From: a virus
Virus record (IMG/VR): IMGVR_UViG_3300035698_018475
Span: 1-64,000 of that record
DNA length: 64,000 nt
Reading direction: 5' to 3' (one strand)
Shown: one piece after another, positions 1-7,822 of the stretch
Layout: the number at the start of each line of letters is the position of its first letter
Numbering within the stretch: position 1 is the first letter of the stretch
Notes under the pieces: generated by a model
Told to the model about the DNA's origin: nothing
What the model saw: the letters and a program-made list of their open reading frames with translations, nothing else
The model's database searches: none
Translations under genes and position numbers: made by a program

Positions 1-27
1 GAATAGGTAGATGCTTGGTAACTTTAC

Positions 28-95
28 GGCCTCCTCCCCAAAAGGGAAGGTAAGTCCTTAATGTGATGTTGCAGGTTCGAATCCTGCCGGGGCCT
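28..95 (+). tRNA. tRNA-like element (degenerate or partial; isotype not assignable)
   Basis: Perfect T-arm GCAGG-TTCGAAT-CCTGC at 71-87. CGGGGCC (88-94) pairs 6/7 with GGCCTCC (28-34). The D and anticodon arms are non-canonical and the element is only 68 nt. Confidence 0.35.
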
Positions 96-99
96 TTGG

Positions 100-170
100 C
101 TGCTGGGAAAATCAAGCCAATGTTGACTGTAGCACCAGCAGATAAACCATAAAGCTACAGCGTCTTGGTT
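100..170 (+). ncRNA. Candidate H-type pseudoknot RNA
   Basis: CTGCTGG (100-106) pairs with CCAGCAG (135-141). CTGTAGC (127-133) pairs with GCTACAG (154-160). An A-rich loop lies at 142-153. Confidence 0.35.
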
Positions 171-292
171 GGGATGTTAGTGGATGAGACAGGCCACACA
201 ACTGCATGACCATCTATGCTGCGGTGCGAGGAAAAGGCGAGAAGTGGTGCGTGCCGGGGAAGGGCCGGCATAAATAAAGGAAAGGATTGAGT

Positions 293-1339
293 ATGAAGAT
301 TAACCGGGAACAGTTTATCCAGGATCTAGAGGTTGTATCTAAAGCCTTGGGTACCAGTGGGTTTGTGTTATCTTTCCAGTGCTTTAGGATACAGGGAAAT
401 ACTTTATTTGCAACTGATGGTGCTACTTCTATAAAACGGACAGTTGAGTATGATACTGGGGTTGACTGTGCTATATTTGGATTACCATTGTTGAATACTC
501 TGCGAAGTATAAAGGATGAGGAGATAAAAATAAGGGAAAAGGATGGTAATCTTCTGGTGGAGACCCAGAAGATTGAGGGGACTTTCAATGTGGTGGAAGA
601 TGCTAGTAAAATGTCTATACCATCCTATGGTAAAGCGAAGGGTGAAACTCTAAATCCTTCTTTTGTTGAGGCACTATCAAGTTGTAAGTTTGCAGCTTCC
701 AGGGATGAGACTAGAGGTTGTTTATGTGGAGTTTTTGTAGGTGAGAAATATATCTATGCAACAGATGGGCATCGTGCTATAAGATACTCCGTGGATAATA
801 ATTGTGGTGCTGGTGGTCTGGTATTTCCTATTAAGGTTATTGAGGTTCTGGAGGAACTATGTAAAGTGGGGGAGAAAATCGAAGTTGTGGAAAAAGAGGA
901 GAAGGTAATTATTCATTTCTCTAATACTGTTTTAGAAAGTTCCACGCTGTCTGGAAAATTCCCTACTGAAGTTGACAGAATATTCAAACAATACAAGGAT
1001 CTGTTGGAGATAAAGTTTTCTACCGATGTTTCTGATGTAGTTGACAGACACATCACTTTTCAAAAAGGAGTGATGGATATTGATCGCTTCACTACTATAG
1101 ACTTGGGAGAGGATTGTGCTTTCTTTAGCACAAGAGATCCTGTTGTGGGTAATTTGGATGAAGAGGTAGAAGTTGATTTTGTCCATGATAAGGATATTAG
1201 TTTCAATATCAATCCTATATTCTTACATAAGGTATTGAAGGAGGGCAACAAGTTGGAGTATAGTCCTTCTGGTAAGTTAATTAAGATATCATCCAATAAG
1301 TTCGAATATCTGGCTATGACTAAAATAGGAGTAGTGTGA
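293..1339 (+). CDS. dnaN: DNA polymerase III beta-type sliding clamp
   Basis: About 350 aa with FATDG and YATDGHR motifs, CKFAASRDETR..LCGV, and a C-terminal FNINPIFL, all typical of the beta clamp. ATG at 293 follows AAGGA. Confidence 0.9.
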   Translation: MKINREQFIQDLEVVSKALGTSGFVLSFQCFRIQGNTLFATDGATSIKRTVEYDTGVDCAIFGLPLLNTLRSIKDEEIKIREKDGNLLVETQKIEGTFNVVEDASKMSIPSYGKAKGETLNPSFVEALSSCKFAASRDETRGCLCGVFVGEKYIYATDGHRAIRYSVDNNCGAGGLVFPIKVIEVLEELCKVGEKIEVVEKEEKVIIHFSNTVLESSTLSGKFPTEVDRIFKQYKDLLEIKFSTDVSDVVDRHITFQKGVMDIDRFTTIDLGEDCAFFSTRDPVVGNLDEEVEVDFVHDKDISFNINPIFLHKVLKEGNKLEYSPSGKLIKISSNKFEYLAMTKIGVV

Positions 1340-1340
1340 A

Positions 1341-1489
1341 GTCGCGGCGGCGTGGCAGCGTCGGTGAGTTGTATACCTTACGCTGTAAGTGTCATTTGAG
1401 GGCTGTTACCGTAGAATGACCGTGCTAAGGTTGCCAAAGAAATGCAACTGAGGAAGGACTTGGCTTGAGGGTTAAACCAAGGTCGTGAC
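1341..1489 (+). ncRNA. Candidate structured ncRNA (multi-stem junction)
   Basis: Closing helix GTCGCGGC/GTCGTGAC encloses four hairpins (CAGCGT/ACGCTG, GTCATT/AATGAC, GTTGC/GCAAC, CTTGG/CCAAG), followed by a T-rich tract. It is a GC-rich island between dnaN and polA. Confidence 0.5.
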
Positions 1490-1528
1490 TTTATTTTATA
1501 AAAGATAGTAAGACAAGGATTAGTTTAT

Positions 1529-4054
1529 ATGGCACTTCAGAGATCTTTCTTTATTGATGAAGAAGAACTCCTTGCTGAAGAGAAGAAGAGGAGGAGTAAA
1601 AGATCTGGTAAGTCCAGGAGATCCACAGGTTCCACAAGAAAAGTGTTTAATTGTGAGACCTGTGGGTTATACGAGAAATGTCGGTCTCCTAAGATAGAGA
1701 GGTATGGAGAAGGAAGGAAGGGGATACTATTCATAGGGATCAATCCGGGGGCAGAAGAGGATAGATCTGGCATTCCCTTTATTGGAGAGTCCGGGGAGTT
1801 ACTTGAAGATATTGTAGACTGTATGGGACTCAGTCTGGATGAGGATTGTGTGAGGACCAATATAGTACAATGTAGAACCCCAAAGAATAGGCTTCCTACT
1901 GGGGAAGAAATTAAGAGTTGTCAATCAAGACTTATCAAAGATATACAAGAGGTTAAGCCTAAGTTGATTATAACTCTTGGTAAAGAGCCTACAAATACCC
2001 TTTTTCGTATGGTGGGTATGAGTGGTTATGGTATTGGAACCGTTCATGGGTTGGTCTTTCCTTTACAGAAGTTTAATTGTTGGATGGGTTGTACTTATCA
2101 TCCGGCATATATAGTGAGGGAAGGGGAGAAGTCTTATGATAGGGGAGTAGGTAAGAGAGATATACTTGCTTTTGATATTGATGACGCTCTTAGTTATTTG
2201 GATAAACCTATACCATCTATATTGTCAAGAGAGGGTTGTATACTTATACAGGACTCAGTGGATTGTATAGCGATCCTAAAAGAGTTTCAGAGGAATAAAA
2301 ATCCAGTAGCTTTTGATTATGAGACTACTTGTCTATCTGCTTTTAATCCAAAGGGTAGGATATTATTAGTTTCTTTGAGTGATGATCCAGAGGAAGGTTT
2401 TTGTATACCTTTGGGGATGAATGACTGGAATGATGTGGAAGAAGCTTATGTGTATCAAGAGTTTAAGAACTTCCTTGCAAGTGATGTTCCTAAAGTAGTT
2501 CAAAGTTTGAATATGGAAGAACTATGGAGTAGGATACATCTTAAACAACCTATAAATAAGTTTGTATTTGATACCATGATAGGGCATCATGTAATGTATT
2601 GCAGGAAGGGAACTGCCGATCTGGACTTCCAAGTCAGGATGCTTACCGGGGATGATTATAAGGATATGGTGGATAAGAAGAAGTTGGAGAAAGAGCCAGT
2701 ACAGAAGGCAGCTATTTATAATAATTTGGACTCCCGGCATACTGTATTATCTTACCAAACCAATAGGGGGAAGATGGATGATGGTTTGGCCTTTTTTAAT
2801 GAACTGCTTACCAGGGGTAGTGTCGTTATGGCAAATCTTACTGAGAGAGGAGTAAGGATAGATACTGAACTATTAGATACTCTGAAGGAAAATACATCAG
2901 AAGAGGTGGAAATAACTTTAGAGGAAGTAACTTCCTGTAAAGCTGCAAAGAGGTATCGTAAGGAGTGGGGAGATACCATAAATGTTAATTCCGGAGATCA
3001 GCTCATTTCTTTATTGCACGACCTATATGACTGTAAAGTAACAAAACGAACTGGGACTGGAATGCCCTCTACTGATGTTAATACTTTGTCCAAATTAAAG
3101 GAGGGTTGTAAAGATCCCGAGTTGGTAGAGTTCTTGGATTGTCTATCTTCACATAAGAAGGTTTTTAGTTTTCTGGGGAAGATAAAAACATTTGAGAAGC
3201 ATATATGTCAGGATGGGAAAATACATTCCCTGTTCCATCTGGATGTAGCAGAGACTTTCAGGAGTTCAAGTTCTGATCCCAACCTTCAGAATGTTCCCAT
3301 TCATGATGAATTACTGCAATTGATAAGGCAATGTATAGTACCTTCCAAAGGGAATGTGATTATAGAGGTGGATTATGATGGATTGGAAGTTCGTGGTATA
3401 GGAATGAATTCTAATGATAGAACTTTAATTGAGGAAATCAAAGGTGGGGATTCCTCAGATACCCATCGGTCGTGGGGTGCCAAGATATATCAAGTTAAGT
3501 TCAAAGAAGTAACTGAGGAGCAAAGGTACAGATCTAAAAACAGGTTTGTGTTTCCCGCTTTTTATGGGGCTGTTGCACCTTCTATAGCTCGTTCTTTGGA
3601 AATGGAAGAAGACTATGTAAAGGGTTTGTGGGACGAGTTTTGGGATAGATACAGTGACGTTAAAGAGTGGAAAGAGTCTGTAAAAGAGTTTTACCAAGAG
3701 CATGGGTATATCCGTGGGTTGTCAGGTTATAGACGGTATGGACCACTGAATGATGAGCAGTTAGGTAATACTCCAGTACAGGGAATTGCTTTCCATCTTC
3801 TGTTGGATGCCTTAATAAGAGTGGATGATTCTCTCACAGGGAAGTTGGTTAGGAGTGGTTTTAAGACACTACCTATTATTCAAATTCATGATAGTATTGT
3901 GTTTGATACTCCTCCGGATGAGGTGGAAGATGTGGTACCATTTGTTTCTGATATAATGACGTCCAAAAGATTTGATTGGCAATTGGATGTACCACTATCC
4001 GTGAGTTGGAAGATTGGAGAGAACTGGTTGGATATGAAGGATTTGGAGAATTGA
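1529..4054 (+). CDS. polA: Family A DNA polymerase with N-terminal uracil-DNA-glycosylase-like domain and 3'-5' exonuclease
   Basis: UDG domain: CxxC, GINPGAEED..G.PFIG.SG.LL, YHPAY. Exonuclease: AFDYETT. Polymerase: SSSDPNLQN, motif A DYDGLEVR, motif B R..K...F...YG, motif C QIHDSIVF. Confidence 0.93.
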   Translation: MALQRSFFIDEEELLAEEKKRRSKRSGKSRRSTGSTRKVFNCETCGLYEKCRSPKIERYGEGRKGILFIGINPGAEEDRSGIPFIGESGELLEDIVDCMGLSLDEDCVRTNIVQCRTPKNRLPTGEEIKSCQSRLIKDIQEVKPKLIITLGKEPTNTLFRMVGMSGYGIGTVHGLVFPLQKFNCWMGCTYHPAYIVREGEKSYDRGVGKRDILAFDIDDALSYLDKPIPSILSREGCILIQDSVDCIAILKEFQRNKNPVAFDYETTCLSAFNPKGRILLVSLSDDPEEGFCIPLGMNDWNDVEEAYVYQEFKNFLASDVPKVVQSLNMEELWSRIHLKQPINKFVFDTMIGHHVMYCRKGTADLDFQVRMLTGDDYKDMVDKKKLEKEPVQKAAIYNNLDSRHTVLSYQTNRGKMDDGLAFFNELLTRGSVVMANLTERGVRIDTELLDTLKENTSEEVEITLEEVTSCKAAKRYRKEWGDTINVNSGDQLISLLHDLYDCKVTKRTGTGMPSTDVNTLSKLKEGCKDPELVEFLDCLSSHKKVFSFLGKIKTFEKHICQDGKIHSLFHLDVAETFRSSSSDPNLQNVPIHDELLQLIRQCIVPSKGNVIIEVDYDGLEVRGIGMNSNDRTLIEEIKGGDSSDTHRSWGAKIYQVKFKEVTEEQRYRSKNRFVFPAFYGAVAPSIARSLEMEEDYVKGLWDEFWDRYSDVKEWKESVKEFYQEHGYIRGLSGYRRYGPLNDEQLGNTPVQGIAFHLLLDALIRVDDSLTGKLVRSGFKTLPIIQIHDSIVFDTPPDEVEDVVPFVSDIMTSKRFDWQLDVPLSVSWKIGENWLDMKDLEN

Positions 4055-4055
4055 T

Positions 4056-4994
4056 ATGAATCTGGATAAATTCCAAGATATACTTCAAGAAAAGAAGTTA
4101 TTCAGTCCCGGACCAGTACCGAGTAAAATTGAGATAGATATATCTTACAGTCATCGAAGTGATCAGTTTGAAGGTCTTTACAAAGGACTTAAGAATCGTT
4201 TAAGAGGGAAGTTGAATATACCTGGAGAGTATAATATCTTATTTGTTGGTGGAAGTGGTACTTGTGCCATTGAAGCTGTATTAAGTTCCTTACGCAAAAT
4301 GAATATGGATTTTAGGGGATGTGGAGTTTTTTATGAAAGAGCTAAGAAGATAAGGGAAGATTACTCAGATGGTAGTATTAGAAGCAGAGTCTTATATTAT
4401 GTTCAGTTTGAGACCAGTGAAAGTTTTTATGATAATCCAAGAAAAGAAATAGTAAACAGTTATTATTTGGTTGTCGCTGATTGTGTTAGTAGTTTGGGAT
4501 TTTATCCTCTTCCTGAGGCAGATATAATAATAACCAGTTCTTCTAAGATACTTGGTGGTCTCCCGAGTTTGGGTATTATTCTATATAATGAAAATGCTGA
4601 ATCTTATATCAATGGTTATGGGGATTATTTGAATTTATTGAAGTATATAGAATATGATAAGAAAAATCAAACACCCCATACTGCTTTGATCCCACAGTTT
4701 ATTAGTTTGTACCGTTCTTTGGATAACTTGATAACTCCAGAGCAGATTGTGAAAAATTGTAAAGCATTGCATACTAATAGAGTTATATTTAAGTTCGAGA
4801 CCATAGCACCTGTACTTACTATTCTTACCAGAGATCAAGAGCAATTGAACCTTTTTCTAGAAAACTTTAGAATATGGAATATTGAAGTATATTACAATCC
4901 AGCCTATATGAAGAACTGTTTTCAAGTAAGTATGTTTAACTATAGAGATATAAGGTATTACGAGTTAATCAAAACCATTATTGAGGAGTGTTGA
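4056..4994 (+). CDS. PLP-dependent class V aminotransferase (serine-pyruvate/AEP transaminase-like)
   Basis: Motifs FSPGPV, SHRS, GSGT.AIEA, ADCVSSLG, SSSK (PLP lysine) and TPHT. There is no cysteine-desulfurase SxGSAC loop. Confidence 0.8.
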   Translation: MNLDKFQDILQEKKLFSPGPVPSKIEIDISYSHRSDQFEGLYKGLKNRLRGKLNIPGEYNILFVGGSGTCAIEAVLSSLRKMNMDFRGCGVFYERAKKIREDYSDGSIRSRVLYYVQFETSESFYDNPRKEIVNSYYLVVADCVSSLGFYPLPEADIIITSSSKILGGLPSLGIILYNENAESYINGYGDYLNLLKYIEYDKKNQTPHTALIPQFISLYRSLDNLITPEQIVKNCKALHTNRVIFKFETIAPVLTILTRDQEQLNLFLENFRIWNIEVYYNPAYMKNCFQVSMFNYRDIRYYELIKTIIEEC

Positions 4995-4995
4995 G

Positions 4996-5682
4996 ATGAA
5001 TGTAGTTTGTCATGTTTCCGGTGGAGCGGATAGTGCTTTGGCTGCGGTTAAGGCGAAGGTACGTTATGTGCCGGGAAAGAAGATCTATCCTCTATTCTGT
5101 GACTACAATCAGGTTTGTATGGAGCAGGAACTGGCTTGTGCAGCAGGGATAGTTCGTAATCTGGGTTTAGAGGAGTTAAAAATGGTCACTATGAGGGATC
5201 TTTGGACCTCCAGTGGTATGATTGATGGAGAGAGTGAGGAGAATCCTGATGTTTACACTCCACTGCGGAATTTGATGTTTGTCGCTGCAGCTATGGCTTA
5301 TGCAGATATTGTGGATGCAGATATTGTAGTTGTGGGTAGTAAAGGGTTTAGTAAGATACATGATGATCCTTACAGTTTTTATGATAGTACTCTTTCTTTT
5401 TATTCTTTAATGGAAGGATTATGGAATTACACTACTCAAAATAAGAGAATGGTAAAGATACTTCCTATCCTTGCCGAAGGAAGAAGAAATACCATGACCA
5501 AGCAAGAAGTTTATGAACGGTTGGTAGATCATGGAATCGGTTTTAATGATACTTGGAGTTGTTTCAAAGGTGGGGTTGAAGAGTGTGGGGAGTGTCATAA
5601 TTGTAAAATGAAGAAGGCAATTTTTAACATCTTGGATAAGAAGAATAGTAATTATGGTGTTGAGGATAATAGATACAAATAA
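4996..5682 (+). CDS. queC: 7-cyano-7-deazaguanine synthase-like PP-loop ATPase
   Basis: SGGADS PP-loop, Y.Q..E, YTPLRN and a C-terminal Zn site SC...C..C..C. ATG at 4996 follows GAGGAG. Confidence 0.85.
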   Translation: MNVVCHVSGGADSALAAVKAKVRYVPGKKIYPLFCDYNQVCMEQELACAAGIVRNLGLEELKMVTMRDLWTSSGMIDGESEENPDVYTPLRNLMFVAAAMAYADIVDADIVVVGSKGFSKIHDDPYSFYDSTLSFYSLMEGLWNYTTQNKRMVKILPILAEGRRNTMTKQEVYERLVDHGIGFNDTWSCFKGGVEECGECHNCKMKKAIFNILDKKNSNYGVEDNRYK

Positions 5683-5693
5683 AGAGTCAAGGA

Positions 5694-6509
5694 ATGGCTA
5701 AAGAACTTTCTGAACAAGATATTCGGAAGAGGTTAAGAACCAAATATCCACCTCCTGTCTGGATATTCCTAGAGGAGTTAAGCAGGTATAACGGTTTCTC
5801 CCGTGGTTCTATGCGTAGTGCAGATGCTTTTGCAATAAATTTATATCCCTCACAAGGATGTAGTGTGGAGGGGTTTGAGATAAAAATGCAGCGGGGGGAT
5901 TGGTTAAGTGAGTTGAAGAACCCAGATAAGGCAGATGAATTCAAGCAATTTTGTGATAGATGGTGGTTGGTTGTGGGAAGTAGGGATCTTGTGAAGTTAG
6001 AAGAGTTGCCTCCAGGTTGGGGGTTAATGGTGCCATATAATGTAGGGTTAAGCATCAAGAGGGGAGCCCCCATGTTGAAGCCCGATCCTTGGGATATGGC
6101 ATTATTTACCTCTATTCTTAAGGTTGTGAGAGAGAATAGAGAGGATAAAGAGTATATTGATCGTATTAAGCATGAGGAGTTTGAGAGAGGTCAATGTAGT
6201 ACTGCAAGAAATTATACATCTCTGAGAGATAAATTATTTGCACTTGAAAAGTTAAGAGATGACTTTCACAAAAGTACCGGGGTAAAATTAAGCAGTTGGA
6301 ATTTTGAGAAGTTGGGGAAAGCTATTAGAATAGTTATGAGTACTAATAGTCTGCAAGAGTATTATCAAAGTATGCTTAGAATAATGGAACAGGGTACCTT
6401 TGAGCTAGAGCAGAAGGAGAAAAGTCTTTTAGAAATACGGGAAGTGTTAAAGAGTAGAGGTGTAGTTTTTCGTAGAAAAAGACCAGTTTCCCAGGAATGT
6501 ACTTCCTGA
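5694..6509 (+). CDS. PD-(D/E)xK nuclease-like (MmcB-like) protein with coiled-coil C-terminus
   Basis: ADAFAI...GFEIK..R.DW..EL..P.KA...CDRWWLVV matches the phage MmcB-like pattern. Confidence 0.65.
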   Translation: MAKELSEQDIRKRLRTKYPPPVWIFLEELSRYNGFSRGSMRSADAFAINLYPSQGCSVEGFEIKMQRGDWLSELKNPDKADEFKQFCDRWWLVVGSRDLVKLEELPPGWGLMVPYNVGLSIKRGAPMLKPDPWDMALFTSILKVVRENREDKEYIDRIKHEEFERGQCSTARNYTSLRDKLFALEKLRDDFHKSTGVKLSSWNFEKLGKAIRIVMSTNSLQEYYQSMLRIMEQGTFELEQKEKSLLEIREVLKSRGVVFRRKRPVSQECTS

Positions 6510-6710
6510 TTGGAGTATATTATATACATAATGGATGAACCACGGGTAATTAAAGAGTCCAAGATGGATGTTTCTCTTAGGGAGCAGAGGGAAAGACTTG
6601 AGGTTTTAATGGCAGAAGCTCTTATGATGCCAAAAGAAGTTTTTGATCCGGAAAAGATTAGTCTAAGTATATATGGTGGTATGTTGCGAATATGTTGTAT
6701 CAAGAAGTAA
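6510..6710 (+). CDS. Hypothetical protein
   Basis: ORF fills the gap between co-oriented genes; the start may be ATG 6531. Confidence 0.45.
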   Translation: MEYIIYIMDEPRVIKESKMDVSLREQRERLEVLMAEALMMPKEVFDPEKISLSIYGGMLRICCIKK

Positions 6711-7639
6711 GACCAACTGATTTGAAAGATATTATAGGTAATAAATCTATAATAGACTCCATCAGTAAAGTGTTGGGGAGGGAATCTCGGAAACGACCAC
6801 ATACCTTTATGTTGGCTGGACCATCTGGATGTGGGAAGACCACAATAGCCCGGATAATGGCAAAAGAGTTCGGTTGTGATGCATTAGGTATTGAAGAGTT
6901 GAATGCTGCAAATACTCGTGGTATTGATACAGTTCGTCAAATAGTACAAGGTGCTCATATACTGCCTTTAACGGGATTGGCAAAGTGTTATATCTTAGAT
7001 GAATCTCATCAATTGACAAATGCAGCACAGCAGGCGTTGTTGAAAATAATAGAGGATTGTCCTTCCCATTGTTATTTCTTTTTCTGTACTACAGATCCAC
7101 AGAATATAATTAAGACTATTCATAATAGATGTACCAGATATGATGTGCAATTATTGGGCAGATCTGATATTGTAAATCTTTTACAAAGAACTCTTGATGA
7201 GAAAGCTGTTGGGAAGGATAAAGAAGTTCTAGAGGCCATAGCAGATGTTTCAAATGGTTCTCCAAGAACCGCTTTAGTTCATTTGGAGAAAGTTTTTGGG
7301 GTGGAAGATACAGATACTATTATAGATCTTCTCCTAGGTGGCACAGAAAAGGATAGTAGTATTTGGGATATAGTTAGTATCATTTGTTCGGCCCCCAAGG
7401 TTAGGAGAAAGAAGTGGAAGATAGCTTTAGCTCTTGTTAATAAGTTAGATAATGATTCAGAAGATATTAGGAGAACTCTTGTATCTTGTTTGTTGAAGAA
7501 GATGTCCGAGAGTGATGATGAAAAGGATTTGCAGGATTATATTAAGCTCCTACAGTTGTTTGATAAGAATACTTACTATGGGGGAAAAGCTTTACTAGGT
7601 AGTTTGATTGTTCAGGCTTGTTTTATTGATGAGTTGTAA
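6692..7639 (+). CDS. dnaX: Clamp loader ATPase, DNA Pol III gamma/tau-like
   Basis: LYQ..RP..L.DIIGN, Walker A GPSGCGKTT, ELNAA..RGID.VR, Walker B ILDESH and an NRC arginine finger. Confidence 0.85.
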   Translation: MLYQEVRPTDLKDIIGNKSIIDSISKVLGRESRKRPHTFMLAGPSGCGKTTIARIMAKEFGCDALGIEELNAANTRGIDTVRQIVQGAHILPLTGLAKCYILDESHQLTNAAQQALLKIIEDCPSHCYFFFCTTDPQNIIKTIHNRCTRYDVQLLGRSDIVNLLQRTLDEKAVGKDKEVLEAIADVSNGSPRTALVHLEKVFGVEDTDTIIDLLLGGTEKDSSIWDIVSIICSAPKVRRKKWKIALALVNKLDNDSEDIRRTLVSCLLKKMSESDDEKDLQDYIKLLQLFDKNTYYGGKALLGSLIVQACFIDEL

Positions 7640-7642
7640 ATT

Positions 7643-7822
7643 ATGGATATTAGTAATATAACTTTTAGCCAATTTATTTCATGTTTGTTGGTTGTTGTTT
7701 TAAGTATACTGGGAACGACTCTATTTCTTTATTTTGGTATTAAAGCCATTATGTTAGGTTTTTACGAAGCTAAGTTATTTTTCAAGAACAAGTTAAAGGA
7801 GAATCATGATGAGAAAGGATAG
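7643..7822 (+). CDS. Small membrane protein
   Basis: 59-aa ORF (MDISNITF...) not in the track, with one long hydrophobic segment; it fills the gap. Confidence 0.5.
   Translation: MDISNITFSQFISCLLVVVLSILGTTLFLYFGIKAIMLGFYEAKLFFKNKLKENHDEKG

Noticed and set aside
100-170. Theta/HDV-like ribozyme or permuted tmRNA after the tRNA-like element
   Set aside because: There is no P3/L3 between P2 and P1, no P1.1 GG, no matching acceptor 5' strand and no tag-like ORF. It was kept only as a generic pseudoknot.
4056-5682. Dnd-like phosphorothioation pair (cysteine desulfurase plus PP-loop enzyme)
   Set aside because: The aminotransferase lacks the catalytic Cys loop, and the PP-loop protein has the QueC Zn motif rather than DndC features.
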